Shown: positions 12,549 to 24,935 of the stretch, in pieces
How the letters are laid out: each line of letters begins with the position of its first letter
Position numbering within the stretch: position 1 is the first letter of the stretch
NCBI GenBank assembly: GCA_977016875.1
Contig: CDRNST010000020.1
Coordinates: forward strand, 5,828,001 to 5,892,000
Source of the DNA: Pavona decussata
Taxonomy: Eukaryota
Direction: 5' to 3'
DNA: 64,000 nt
Made by a program: the position numbers and the translations under genes
The notes under the pieces: model-generated
Database searches by the model: none
The model's input: the letters and a program-made list of their open reading frames with translations, nothing else
Told to the model about the DNA's origin: nothing

Positions 12549-15339
12549 AAGTTCTCGGCCTGAAATTATGACTTAAAATGTAATTGTTTCCCTCAAACTC
12601 ATTCACAAAACTTCACTTGAATCTTAAGCCGAACTTAGCTGATTACGAATGCCAGTAGACGAATTATAGAAGCAGAAATAAGCCAAGATACAAGGTAAAG
12701 AAACGCGACCGGATGTATTTACTATGGTGGACATTCAACAGTTGGTGCCCACTTTTCCGGAGAGCCTATCTCATAAGGCATTGTGTTGCAACCGGAAGCG
12801 CGAAACTCTTGATGCTTGTATTACGGTCCCCTGTGTATTAAAGTGGAAACAAACCAAAACCCTCCAGCGCATACCAAATTCGCCTATTTGACAACACGAT
12901 GAAATTAAGCTGCACAATTTTGGCTCTGAGTGGAGCTGTTCATTCACCCCTCTGAATTTTATACAACTGCAATATTCTACAAAAAGAAAGCAGTAGCCAC
13001 ATGCAGTCATAACTGTAGACTGCCTTTTATTTAAATCCAAGGTAAGTTACCATAGAAACACTACCTGTAGTTACCATTTCCCTTGTTTATGCTATATAAA
13101 CAGGCTTGCTTTCTTAGTAGTTTTCCTGTGAAAGTCAAAAGTTTTAAAGGAAACACTGACACTGTGTTTTGCACAAATATCTAATCTAATCCCGGGGATC
13201 TAACACCCAAAAGTTGCCAAAACTGTTTATTTCTTAAAATTCGTTGAGACGATCACTTTTTTAATTCTTTGGTAAATATAATGAATTTGATATGACTTTG
13301 ATTTGATTTTGATCGAAAACTTTGCACTTTTCCATTATGTCGCACCATGGCCATACCACAGACTTGGCAATTGTAAATCCACTGTTGGTAAATGTGATTC
13401 CACCATCAGTGGCATCTATAGAACGGATGTACACAATTTAAGGTTACTGCCATGTTTCGCCAGTGCCTTCAGGGAAATCTAGCTTACGCGTGCTGCTTTC
13501 GATAAAACCACAGAAAACTATATATCACTGTAAAGCTGCTAAATTGAAGTTTTTTGAAAATATCAATTGTTTTGTACTTTGTTGGATACATAAGTGCTCA
13601 AAGGACTGCAAACTCAATAGTAGCGACGTGTACTTAACTGAATTACCCACTCTCACGTAAAGGTGCAAAACCTAACAGACAGCACAATATCAATCAGGAG
13701 ATAATAGGCTAACAAAGTGTGTCAGGCTTTTTCTTTATTCCTATTAGTTTGTGAGAAAACCCATCGTAAAGATGGACAATGGAAAATGTTTGTAGTCCCG
13801 GCAGATGTTAACATGTCACGGGAAAAATATTTTGAATTTTGTAAAAGCCTGACACAGTTTGATGCATTAATATCTGATGACCGTTTTGGGCAAATTTCGT
13901 TGAAATCTGGTAAATCTACATACCCTATTAATTCATTTGAAGATGGGAAATTCGCGCAAAAACAAAAGCCGTGTTTTCGGCCTTGAAACATTTTCTGAGT
14001 TTTTGCACCTCATTAAAATACTTGTCTATGCGCTCACGCCACCGGCCAATCAAACACAAAGAAGCATTCCCTGGGGAGTTCTGTAAGCATTTAGTGTTAC
14101 TGTAATATTTGTATTTAGCGATTTCTTTATGGAAAACGTTAAGTCTGGTGCGAGAAAGCCACCGGCGAAACCAAAAAAAAGAAGAAAACGGCAGATAGAC
14201 AGAACATGAAACTGGCAGCCCCCAGCGGAGTTGACACGAGAAACTTCTCACCGCTATCAGTACACGAGGCTGCGCGCTGAGGTTTGCTGCTTATTTTCAG
14301 CCGGTCAACAATGTCGAAAGTGGCTGAATTGTCGCCGGCATCTTCGACTCTCCACTTTGTGATTTCTCGTCCTCGAATTTCTCTGCTGCCGAGGCAGTTA
14401 TAGAAAATCTGACTGGTAGTACCAGGAACCCTTGTTGCTCTCTGCCAGCTGAAGTTTTTTGGCTTCGTCGAATGATTTTTCGAATGCCTTCTTTGGGCCC
14501 TGTTTTTTCTTAACTGTCACCCAAGGCGGCTTTTATAGTTTCGCTTTCCTCATAACAACCTTTTACGCAATGCTTGAATCCAAAATGGAATGCTGTTTCA
14601 CAGTAAAATTTTACATACAACCCCGTGACATGCGATGAACACGATGTAGACAAAAATATGCTAATTTGCCAGTAATTCGAGATCGCGGGTAAATTTTGCC
14701 GCGTAATATCTCAACACAGTCCTGCATAAATTGGATTATGACACCTTCACTCGCTCACCGCTTTTCCTACAAAATATTGTTTTTCAGATAGCTCGCGTTC
14801 TTTTTTAAATTTCTAACGGCTGTTTTCACGAAACTTTGCATCTGTTTCTTGTTTCAACAATTATCTAAAAAAATTTATTTGAGAAAAGTTCAACTTTCCT
14901 TCCCTATAAGTAACCTTAAATTGCTAGAGAAGCATTCTGGATTTGGAAGGATCTAAAAGCAGATCTATCATGTTATTCTGAAGCGTGAAATTCACCTCTA
15001 AAGGCCATTAGCTATAAGATCAGCAAAAATGAAGAAAATAGAATAGGCATAAGGCTTGGAGTGGAAACAGTATCTTCATTCAAAGGTTGCAAAAGAGGCT
15101 AAAGCAAAACAGACAAAATCACTCTGTGCCTCATTTCCAAGAAGAATCACCTTTGATGAGTCTAACGTTACTGAACTTACACAGCAGTATTTCCAAGAAA
15201 CAGAGATGCTTAGACAGTGAATTTCGGAACTGGAAAAAAAGCTTGATGAAAAGCCTGCAGAAGTTTTTAATCTTTTAAAAAGCGATGAAGCAAAAAGCAA
15301 AAACACAAGATATGCAAATTATAAGAGGCCATGAATGGA

Positions 15340-16270
15340 CTCAAAAACAGAGAAAGCCTGTGGAGTCCACCAAAATACCGTTTTTAAGTTCGTTGTTTAA
15401 ATTCCAAACCAGCATGACTGGACAGCTTGGCCTTAAATGCAAAATTGAAGAATCAGGCCAATTCATTCCTTTAGTTAGATTTGTGTTCTCACCCTTGAAA
15501 GTAAACTCTGGAAAGGGAAGATTTTGTAAGGCCAAACGATTGGGTAACGCTAGCGGCAACCTTTTGAAATAAATGTGGCTCAAGTCATCTTGAACACTCT
15601 CCACTGATCTTCTAAGGAAAGTAATAAATTCCAGGGTCTTCTTGCCTCATTTCCCAAACCTGATGTCTTTCAGTGAGGTAAGAAATTCTTCGCGTCTTTG
15701 GCGAAGGACATCTGTTAGCTCATAGCGGTGTGTTGTGGTGCTTTGGAATACTGGCGAATGGAACATAAATAACCCCTCATCTAAATCGTTTTGAATGCAA
15801 TTGCAGAAACTCTCCAACAAGAATCACTTGCTTTCCAGCAAAGGGACGATTACACTGAGATTCACTTAAGCAGTGGTGTATGGCATTAACCAGTTTAAGT
15901 ATACGCTGACTTGACATGCTTGCTTCGTCCGAAATCAATACATCGCTTCTTCTTATTCTATTGACAACCCCACTATTTTTAGTCGACCTCTCCACAAGCT
16001 GTGTCCAAGGTATATCGGCAATTCCAACACCATAATACGAATTCATGGTCGACGCGACCCCATGATCGCACACTGTGCATGCTATACTAGTAGAACATAC
16101 GAAGAATACCCTTTTACCAACTGCCTGGAGATTGCTGATTATTTTTTCTAACCACAGTAGACTTTCCAGTTCTTCCTTGGCCGGTAACAAACAAATTATG
16201 TCCTCTGCAGGCTAAGCTTAATATCTTCGCCTGTCCATGTGATAACTGAATGGTCACACTGACGAATAAG
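15340..16270 (-). pseudogene. PIF1-family helicase fragment (copy 2)
   Basis: GHNLFVTGQGRTGKST, DEASMSS, GKQVILVGEFLQL and CPVMLVWNL..ELKNG. Several frameshifts. Confidence 0.88.
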
Positions 16271-17560
16271 TTCCATGATTTTTGAAGACCCATCATGGTT
16301 TTTGCGACAGTCATGTGGCTTGGGCTTATCCTCTGCCATCCTTTGCTTATCCTTTGCATATTCAACACATTTTGCATCTTGTGGCAAAGTCTAATACCTT
16401 CCCTGTTGATAACCTAATACCGCCCCATGACCAGCAGAGGAATTGTGTGCCTTTCCTCTTTTCTGCCACCCCATATCGTGTGACACCAAAACACCAATTA
16501 AATCTTGGTCATCACCCTGCACACCTGCTGCTACTGCCCTCTTTCGCTCCTCAGTACAACTTTCCAAGCAACTTACCTCTGCCACACTTTCAATTGCTTT
16601 TCCAACTTCTCTTTCTCTTACTTCAAAAGTCGTTTGATTAACAGAAGGAGCATTTAGACGGGAAAATAAACTATTGACATGTGTTTGCCCTATACCAGCA
16701 TTTAGAGCCCCCAGGGCTATTCGTGTATTAATGTCATAAGCCATGGGCCAACGCTTCCCTGCTCTGTGTTGCATTGAAGTTGACACTTTGTTTATTGCTT
16801 TGCAATATCCACATCTGATGGTAAATATGCTTGCTGCTCCTTTGCATTCACTAACAAAGTTCTTCCATGCCAAGGGTCTTTTAGGTAATAAAATAATTTT
16901 GTATCATTGGTTGTCCTGAAACAAGTATTTTTTTTATACATCTCAACTTTTGTAGGGTTTTACTCTGTTCCAGAGTGTAAAAGAATGTAACTAGTATTCA
17001 TGGTATATTTGCAATGCATTTGATCTCCAAATACTGTTGTTTATGTGATCTCAGTCAGAAAAAAAAAACTAAATAAATGTTATTCGCATAAAGCCTTTTT
17101 TGACGAATTATACATTATCCAGGGTCTTATTTAGTTTATAGTGTGAAGCGACTGAAGCTATTTCAAACTCCGTACATGTATTTTTGTCAAGTTAGAAACT
17201 TTTTAAACTGTATAATTACTTGTAGTTGTTGGAGTTAAATAATTGGAACTTTTTAATGCTTTGTTGTAACTATAGGCGAGTTTCTTTTGAATAAACCTTT
17301 GGAAATCGATGTAGAATTGTACTAGTAAAAACTCAAACGAAAAAAGCCGAGCCTCAGTAGAAACCGTATTCATAAAACAATGCTTACCTTTTTCACAAGT
17401 TTTACATCTGTCAAACCCATCTGCTAGTGCCTCCATGTCAATAATTCTTGACCCGACTACATGTTCTTTTTGACTGTTTTCTTTGTCTGACTCCTGTGTG
17501 CACATAAATGGTTGATTTTGAATGTTTTGCAATATTTTGACGACATTAAACAGCCACACA
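16270..17560 (-). pseudogene. Mutator-like (PF20700-type, possibly Kolobok-related) transposase N-terminal fragment
   Basis: GSRIIDMEALA..CKTC, then an intron, then C..C, YDINTRIALG..GIG, VSHDMGWQKRGKAHNS.AGHG and CRKNHDGSSKIME. Truncated and abutting PIF1 copy 2. Confidence 0.75.
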
Positions 17561-17564
17561 ACCA

Positions 17565-19470
17565 ACTCGTGCATTTTGTTTACTTTTATCTTCAGATCTT
17601 GGGTGAGGTAGTTTGGGATAAGTGACTGGCATGATGTACAGAGTCAAAATCCTGAACCAGGTCATCGCTGATCACAAAGACATGTTCTTTGATGACAGCA
17701 GGTTCCTCAGCAGTGCTCTCCTTTCCATCAGCTTCCATTGTGGCATGGCAAAACATCACAGTGATGTGGAGGCTAGCCTTGTTGACGTCGAACTATTGGG
17801 ACTGTATTTCATTTTGTCCCCTGCAGGCATAACTCTCTGAATAGTTGTGAATGCAGACAACATGCTCGGTAGGGAGATTTTCCAGTAGATCATCAAGCTG
17901 CTTCTTCTGCCAGACGGCCATGAACTGCTGATGGCGATAGGCATCAAGCAGCTTGAAGTACTGGAAAAGTTCCTTTGGCGGAGTTTCATTTTGTACAAGG
18001 GCAAATTTCTTCTGCTTTTCCCCAGAAGATGTCAGCTTTCAAATCGCCTCCACTTGACCATACCTCTCTCTGAGCTTCCTTCCGGTAAAAGCCTGAAGAG
18101 AAGTGTTCCACCGTTGTTACATTCTCTGTTTATGCAAGAAAACTTGTGGAACTCATTCCCTTCAGGCTTTGGACACAGAGTTAGTTCCACAGCTTCTGTG
18201 ACTGACAGTGACACTGGTGGATTGTCAGCATGGGCGACTTCTTTCAAAACATTTTGTCGAAACTTAATACACTCACTATAGACCAGCTTTGCTTCCTCAT
18301 GCGTCCGGTACAGACAGGATCGCCTATCCCTTTCTGTAGCTCCTTTCACAAAGTATGGCTTCAAGTGTTCAAATTTGTGCGGTGAAATTGTTATCTCAGG
18401 ATGCTCTGAACGAAAGTTGAAAAATGCTTCACTTTGTGTCTGCTCCAGCACCTGCTTTGTATGCTTTAAGTACTGCTTAGGACCAGCACGTTTTCGCACA
18501 ATATCCTTTTTATCCCCATTCGGCCTGTTTGCCTCATAGGTCCAGAAATGACATATTGTCTGCTTTACTTCTTCCTTCACTGAATCAATTCTGGGCTTTC
18601 TCTTGGTGAAGAGCCAGCTGGGTTCATCTCCCTTTAGCACATCAGCCCTGCGTTTTATACCCTTGCTGATATTCCCTCTATCAAGAAAACCCAACTTTGA
18701 AACAGTGGAGGTCATTCTTTTCTTTTCACCGTTTCTCCAAATGCCAGAGACTTCATAGCTCCAAAGGCAGCTCTACCTTCAATTTTGTTGTCACGTTTCA
18801 GAATCTTTATAGCGCTGCTTCGGTCAGTTGCTACTGCTGTTAACGCCTCAACTTCTTTTTCCTCTTGAGATTTCACCAGTCCCTTTTACTGGAGGGCTGT
18901 TCTGGTTTGAGAGCTATTTACTAGGTTCTCTATAATTTCAACCTTTTTTCTGGCGTTTTTGGGAAATTGTTTTGGTTTTGTCAACAGCCCTTGTTTTGGC
19001 CCTTTCTTTTCTTGTCTCTGAATATCTTTTGTCTTTCCTGTGCTTTTTCTCTTCTGTTTTGTTCTTCTTCCTCTTGATTCTTTTTAACTTCACGCTTTCT
19101 TTTAGAGCCAACATCACGAAATTCTTGAGCTTTAGCCAAGCCACATGCTTGAACTGTCTTTCGAGTTTTGCCCTGTTCTCTGAGCCTCTTCATATGGTCT
19201 CCTTCCTTTTCCTTCAAACTTTCTTGATTTTTATCGTACCATTTGTTCTTTTAAGCTTCCTTACTTCTTCTTTTTCCTCTCTCCATTCTTTCGTGAGATG
19301 TTTTTAGCATTCTCTGTCTCTTGTACCGAAAAAGCCGAAAACTCGCGCAAAACTGGAAGTTTCCTTCTGTTGGTCAAGGACGGACCGTCACTTCCAGCAC
19401 ACCCCGTTAAAAAGCCAGGTTACCAAGGCTTTCTTTTACGATCAACTCTCCAAAAAATTGCTTCCACTTT
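17565..19470 (-). pseudogene. Sola-like DDD transposase (copy B, longer)
   Basis: Lys/Arg-rich N-terminus (18938-19217) and ORF 18032-18715 nearly identical to copy A. Continues to EHVFVISDDLVQDFDSVH and KMHE before truncation. Confidence 0.62.
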
Positions 19471-19477
19471 TGTTTTT

Positions 19478-20050
19478 TAAATTCCAAACGAGCATGACTG
19501 GACAGCTTGGCCTTAAATGCAAAATTGAAGAACTAGGCCAATTCATTCCTTTAGTTAGATTTGTGTTCTCAGCCTCGAAAGTAAACTCTGGAAAGGGAAG
19601 ATTTTGTAAGGCCAAACGATTGTGTAATGCTACCAGCAATCTTTTGAAATAAATGTGGCTCAAGTCATCTTGAACACCCTCCACTGATCTGCTAAGGAAA
19701 GTAATAAATGCCAGGGTGTTCTCTCCGTATTTCTCAAACCCGATGTCTTTCAGTGAGATAAGAAATTCTTCGCGTCTTTTGCGAAGGACATCTGTTAGCT
19801 TGTAACGGTGTGTTATGGCGCTTTGGAATACTGGCGAATGGAACATAAATAACCCCTCATCTAAATCGTTTAGAATGGGACGCAATTGCAGCAACTCTCC
19901 AACAAGAACCACTTGCTTTCCAGCAAAGGGATGATTACACTGAGATTCACATAGGCAGTGGTGTATGGCATTAACCAGTTCAAGCATACGCTGACTTGAC
20001 ATGCTCGCTTCGTCCCAAATCAATACATCGCTTCTTCTTATTCGATCGAC
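19478..20050 (-). pseudogene. PIF1-family helicase fragment (copy 3)
   Basis: ORF 19442-20134: DVLIWDEASMSSQ, PFAGKQVVLVGELLQLRPI, CPVMLVWNL. Its apparent N-terminus is antisense Penelope sequence. Confidence 0.88.
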
Positions 20051-20420
20051 AACAAGCGCCTCTGCCATCTTCAAACATCTGGAGACTTCAACAACATGTC
20101 GCTCTGCATGCTCCCGCGACAATTTTGCCATCATCGATCAGTCATCCATGCGGTTTGCCCTTAAAATCAAAGAGGTGTTACACATAATTTGGGAAAAACC
20201 TACACTCAATGCACAAGTCAAACACGTTAATCTAAGACTTTCTGTTTAATTTTGTATTACTATTGTTATGGTCTTAAATATTTCTATTATTATTGTGATT
20301 TTTTTAGCATTTATATTCCACTGTAATTTGTTACAAGTTCATTTCACACTGAAGATGGCAGAGGCAACTGCCGAAACATGTCTGTTATAAAACTCAGGAG
20401 TGTCATGTTTTTCATAAAAT
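20050..20420 (+). mobile_element. Penelope-like element 3' end (GIY-YIG C-terminus and pLTR)
   Basis: SAIFKHL..C..NFAIID..LKIKEVLHIIWEKPTLNAQ followed by a hammerhead motif. Confidence 0.82.
20346..20385 (+). ncRNA. Minimal type I hammerhead ribozyme
   Basis: aca-CTGAAGA-t-ggcag(aggcaa)ctgcc-GAAA-catGTC-tgt: complete core, 5-bp stem II, palindromic ACATGT stem III, 3-bp stem I. Confidence 0.8.
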
Positions 20421-20707
20421 TAAACACTTGGGTAATTTTACTCAAAATAACTAACATTTAGGTAATCAAGCTAATACATCAAATAATAGGTTGGTTAGCA
20501 ATAATTTATTAAGTAAAAACGTTCTTGCTGTAAAGTTATAAAAGATCTTTCTGAGGTTTCTGTAGCTTTTTTAAGCATTCATGTCAACCCTTTCCCTTGT
20601 CTAACATAAGCAAAATTAATACATTGATTAAGGAAAAAACAGGGTTGGCGCTGAAGCGAGGCTTAGTGGCCCAGCCGCGGGAAACATAAAGGTTACCCGT
20701 GTTTATT

Positions 20708-22660
20708 ATGGCAGATAAAGTTAAATTACCTCCCGAAGATATACCCGGGGCAGCCATTGAAGATGACCAAATCGGAAAACTCACCGTAAATCAATTAAGT
20801 TTTGGTTGAAATGTCGAAGGATAAACCAAAGTGGAAAAAAACAGACTCTTTCAAAAGGTTATTGTCATCTTTTTCTGTTATTTTCCGTTTTGGTCGCATT
20901 CTTCTTTATTTCTTCTCTTCTTGTTAATCTTTTGGTTTACTTTTGTACAGGGTCAAAAGTCTCAATTCTATGTTAGAAATTTGATGTAAAGTTTATGATC
21001 CAGATAAGAACAAGTTATACACAAATGCCAAAGAAGATAGTTGCAGAAAAACTGGAACTGACACTGGGTTTGCTGATGCAGGTCCTTCTTCTACTCTTTC
21101 AAGTTTTCCTTCTGGCGACTCTGCTTTTAACGAGCAATTTAACTTTCAGTCCTTCCCGTTTTTTGTGCCTAACGCTATGCCTGACCTTCTAATAGAATGT
21201 GGCAAAACAACAAGAAGGTGACAGCTGCTGAGGTTGTTACTGAAATTTCGAGCATGAAAGGATTCTGGTTACTACCATTTGTGCATGACCTGTAAGTCTC
21301 TAAGCCAGTTGACAACAATGTTATTGTATTATGAAACCGCCGTGTCTCTACTGAAACAGGACCCGATGTTGCACAAGTTTGCTGACGAGATTGACAGATG
21401 ATAAAATGATAACTGCTAATGTGCGATAAATTGGCCACAAAGTGACGCTTTGATTTCACCCGACATCAAGAACATCGATATAATAAACATCATGCAATCT
21501 CTTAAGCAAAGGTGGGGATAAATATCGGCGAAGAGCCAAGTATGTATTAAAAGGCAACAAAAGCTGGAAAAGAAGGCCCCGAGCATAGGAAGGGAGCTGG
21601 AAAATTCTTCTACAGTTCCGGAAATCTGTGTTTGGATGTTAACATGACCGGTATGAAGGCGAGAAGGACCAAGAGATAATCTCATTTTACCTATAACCTC
21701 GGTGTTATTAGATCTGACCTCATTTGATTGGCTTAAGTCCTATGATTGACAACGCTCCTTGCCCCATGCAACGGCACACCTAAACACTTACTATGACGGG
21801 CCTTGAGATAAAATCACACTATGCTCATATCATAATGTTGGCCTTTATGAACGAGCTCTGTATTGGGCATCTTATAAGAAAAGCATAAAATATAAAATCA
21901 GAATGATTGTTAAACTGAATGGAAAGCCAAATATCACAGCAGCTCTGTGTGATTCGATATGTCCAGCTGATAAAAGTGGCTGTTGTTGCCATATTATGGC
22001 ATTCATATGGAAGTTGGACGAAATGTCTAGAAACAAGTTTGCTAATAAATCAGTACAAAGACTACCATCCCTGTATGTCAAAACCAAGAAAATGGGGTAT
22101 TCCGTACACATAGAGCAGGTACATTCCCTTCAAAGATTATAAAGGAGTTTTTAAGTTATAATAAGAGTGTGCAAACAAAAGCCACGAGAGAGGGAATTGA
22201 AAATGAAGATCTCATAATTTCTCAATATACAGAAAATATGCAGAAAGGGTCAATTCATGTGCATTTTTTTGTATATTGTATATGGATTTTTAGGAGCTTC
22301 ACCAGATGGGGATCAGTGAGAATTCCTTAAAGCTGGTAGAGGCAAAAAACATAAAGTAAACAACTTAGAGAAAATGGGAGTCTAGCAGCTGCTTTGGTAA
22401 GAAAAGGAATTTGTACAAAAGATGAAAACATAAAGAAGAGTCACCAGTACTATTATCAAATTCAGCAACTAGAATTTGTTCATAACAGAAAATGGTGTCA
22501 TTTTCTTATTAGTGGTAGCAATGGAGAAGTGTTCTGCAAACAGGTTCCTTTTGATCCACCATGGTGGCATGAGAAGTTACTTCAGCTTAAATTTTCTTGA
22601 CAGATGTATTTTACCTGAATTAGTCTACCCAAGATTAAAATATGGTCTCGTCAGATATAA
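20708..22660 (+). pseudogene. Second, heavily decayed SAP-SWIM-YqaJ gene (ISL2EU/Kolobok-type accessory)
   Basis: MADKVKLPPEDIPGA..LTVNQL (SAP), CDSICPADKSGCCCHIMA (SWIM), GFLGASPDG and HQYYYQIQ..WCHF (YqaJ). No partner transposase seen. Confidence 0.72.
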
Positions 22661-22674
22661 AAAAACAGGAAAGA

Positions 22675-23250
22675 TTTATTGCTGCTCGACGTTTCGGGTT
22701 CATCGTGACTCTATTATCAAGAGACTAGTTAAATAGCATGCAAACAAGGAAAGGTACAAGATAAGCATAAATTACAATAAACGGCCTAAACAAACACCTT
22801 GGCGCGGAGGGAATCCGTTTGCACGTTCAGTGTTGGTTTACACATGTGAATGTATAGCATTTCTTTAACAAGGCAATCAAATTTGTCGCTACATTTCGCC
22901 ATGATGTGAAATTGCTTGATGAAGCGTTCAGGCAATTCGCTATTGTGTTAGAGGTTGTAATGTTTGTAGATCAAAGATGACTTTCTAGTGTGCCCCTCTC
23001 TACGCACTCATGTAAGTGAACACGTGTATAACCCACATACCCTGCATCACACAGGTTACATTTAAATTCATAGACGATACATTGTTGGTTGACAATAGGA
23101 GGCTTAATTTCGTGTCGCTTAAGTTGTTGCTCCAGCTTAGGGCTTACAAACACTGGTTGAACAGTCACGTTCAACTTCGAACTTAGATTGTTCGGTTGTT
23201 GCTTAACATAATTAGCTGAAGACTGGTCCTTGAAGGTCACTTGCACTTGC
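22675..23250 (-). mobile_element. Penelope-like element 3' end with GIY-YIG endonuclease
   Basis: KPPIVNQQCIVYEFKCNLCDAGYVGYTRVHLHE, then DKFDCLVKEML and PTLNVQTDSLRAKVF, followed by a hammerhead-like motif and AATAAA. Confidence 0.88.
22685..22723 (-). ncRNA. Variant (U3-A8) minimal hammerhead ribozyme, stem II decayed
   Basis: Minus strand reads ctc-TTGATAA-tagagtcacgatgaaccc-GAAA-cGTC-gag. Confidence 0.6.
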
Positions 23251-23790
23251 ATGAGGAGGCTCTTGCTTAGTTAAAGTTGCAGCAACTCGAGAAGAACTTC
23301 AATTTGCAGCAAAGATGTGTGGTACTACAGCAGGAGGAGTGATTGGAGGTTGAAAATAAAATCGAACAAGCGTGTCTAAGGGTACAAATTTTAGAGAAAG
23401 GAGAAGGTTCCAAGGATCATCTTGAGTATTCCCTCAAGCCAAGAGCCAGGACCCACAAACTGCTACTTTTTGTGGACACCGGTTATGAGGCGAAGTCTGC
23501 ATTTACACATGCGCCTCTGGCATAGAAAGTCGAGACCAACGCATTATGCGCGGTTCTGATTTAGATCCTGTGTCTCAATGGAAGGGCTTATGGTGACCCT
23601 TATACTAACCTTGACCATGGAAACCCTTATTACTCTAAAAACTTCGAACAATTATTGCATCAGCAGCAACAAATGATTGGGCTTCAACAGAAGACCTTCC
23701 AGTCAATGGTGCCCATTATTAAGCAAGGATTCTCCTTACCAAACCTGACATTTAGCAAGTTTGATGGAAATCCACTTGATTACTGGAAGA
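23250..23790 (+). mobile_element. BEL/Pao LTR retrotransposon gag fragment
   Basis: Coiled-coil, Q-rich region then LPNLTFSKFDGNPLDYW, typical of the start of Pao Gag (DUF1759). Confidence 0.65.
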
Positions 23791-24684
23791 ATGGAGAATT
23801 TACTTTGATTAGTCAATTTGATCTCTCATTGGTTTTATTTTATTTATATCAAATATTTTATACAAACACTTAACAAAACAACGAAAAATGTGAATGGCAG
23901 ACATCGGCCACCATATATAACCAGGCCTTAACAGATTCAAGTGCTGATATTTATGAGTTAACTAAACTACCTGCTGAACTCTGTTCATAAAACCAAACAT
24001 TTCTTTTTACGCTCTTGGTAGTTGGGTTGTGAGTTTGTTGATTGCACGACACTATCAAGAAATTTAGAATGCCCTTTTGTGGCCAATTAGGTGGGAACTT
24101 TCAGCAATTGTACAGTCGTTCACTGTAGTGAGTTATGCTAATATGTCTTAGGATAAGTACCTGAACAAATATCGGGAATCGTTCTCCATGGTGGACATCA
24201 CAAAACACAAAGGTTTGTAAAAGATAATCCTTGATAGTTGGTTATTAAATCTGAATAAAAGAAAAACCAAACTAGTGACAAAGTTAGATTTTTTGCAGTC
24301 TTTAAATGTTCGGTATTCAAATTTCGTCTCATAGAATTTAAATTTGCATATGTAATCATTATTCATTGTCGAGACATTTCTGCACCTCTTCTTTCGTGGT
24401 GAAAAGTGCAATTCAGTATTAAAAGCGCAGAGGTACATACCGGATCTAAAGGTCGTGAAATAAATTGTCCCTTCAAGCATGTGCCTCTGGTAAAAAAGGA
24501 GTTCCCTCCTGTTGTGTTGCGATATATTAACATAAAGGAACTGTGATCAATTACTTCTTTAATGGCCTCTTGTGTCGCACTGTAAAAAAGGGAATTGATC
24601 TATCAACCAATGAATTAATTGGGCTCCTTCATTTGTGGTGGTTAAACACAGTTTCCACTTGGAATGGTATTTACATCAGATTTT

Positions 24685-24935
24685 CAACTGATAGATAGCA
24701 CCAAGTTGGCTATAATCATCTCATATGCACCAAGCACGTGTAGAATAATTGTTTTATTAAAAGCAATCAACAAATATTGCCAGATCTTCTCTGATTTTGG
24801 TCTGCAAGAACAACCAGAAGACCATTTTATGGTCCCCATTTCTCCAGCATGGTATAATGGCTCATATACCATGGCTGCCAAGCCAATCAAATCCCTGGAT
24901 TTGCATTATACAATGATCCAGTTTTTTATAATCTC
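24685..24935. repeat. Short interspersed non-autonomous repeat (possibly Crypton-type)
   Basis: Contains ataatcatctcatat..agaataattgttttattaaa and ggtataatggctcatatacc, which I recall from common coral repeats. A similar-class repeat lies at about 29478-29680. Confidence 0.35.

Larger units (their letters stand above)
8428..12819. mobile_element. Full-length ISL2EU (PHIS group) DNA transposon, decayed
   Basis: About 100-bp TIRs (ACAAGCATCAAGAGTTTCGCGCTT...GGCTCTCC.GAAAAGTGGGCACCAAC), AT TSD at 8426-8427 and 12820-12821, and two convergent genes. Confidence 0.92.

Noticed and set aside
13445-13478. Minus-strand CTGAAGG..GAAACATGG hammerhead-like motif
   Set aside because: The core A9 and a proper stem II are missing and there is no UH cleavage site; at best a decayed Penelope pLTR remnant.
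19442-20134. Apparently intact PIF1 ORF with its own N-terminus
   Set aside because: The first ~28 residues are antisense Penelope sequence and the Walker A motif is absent.
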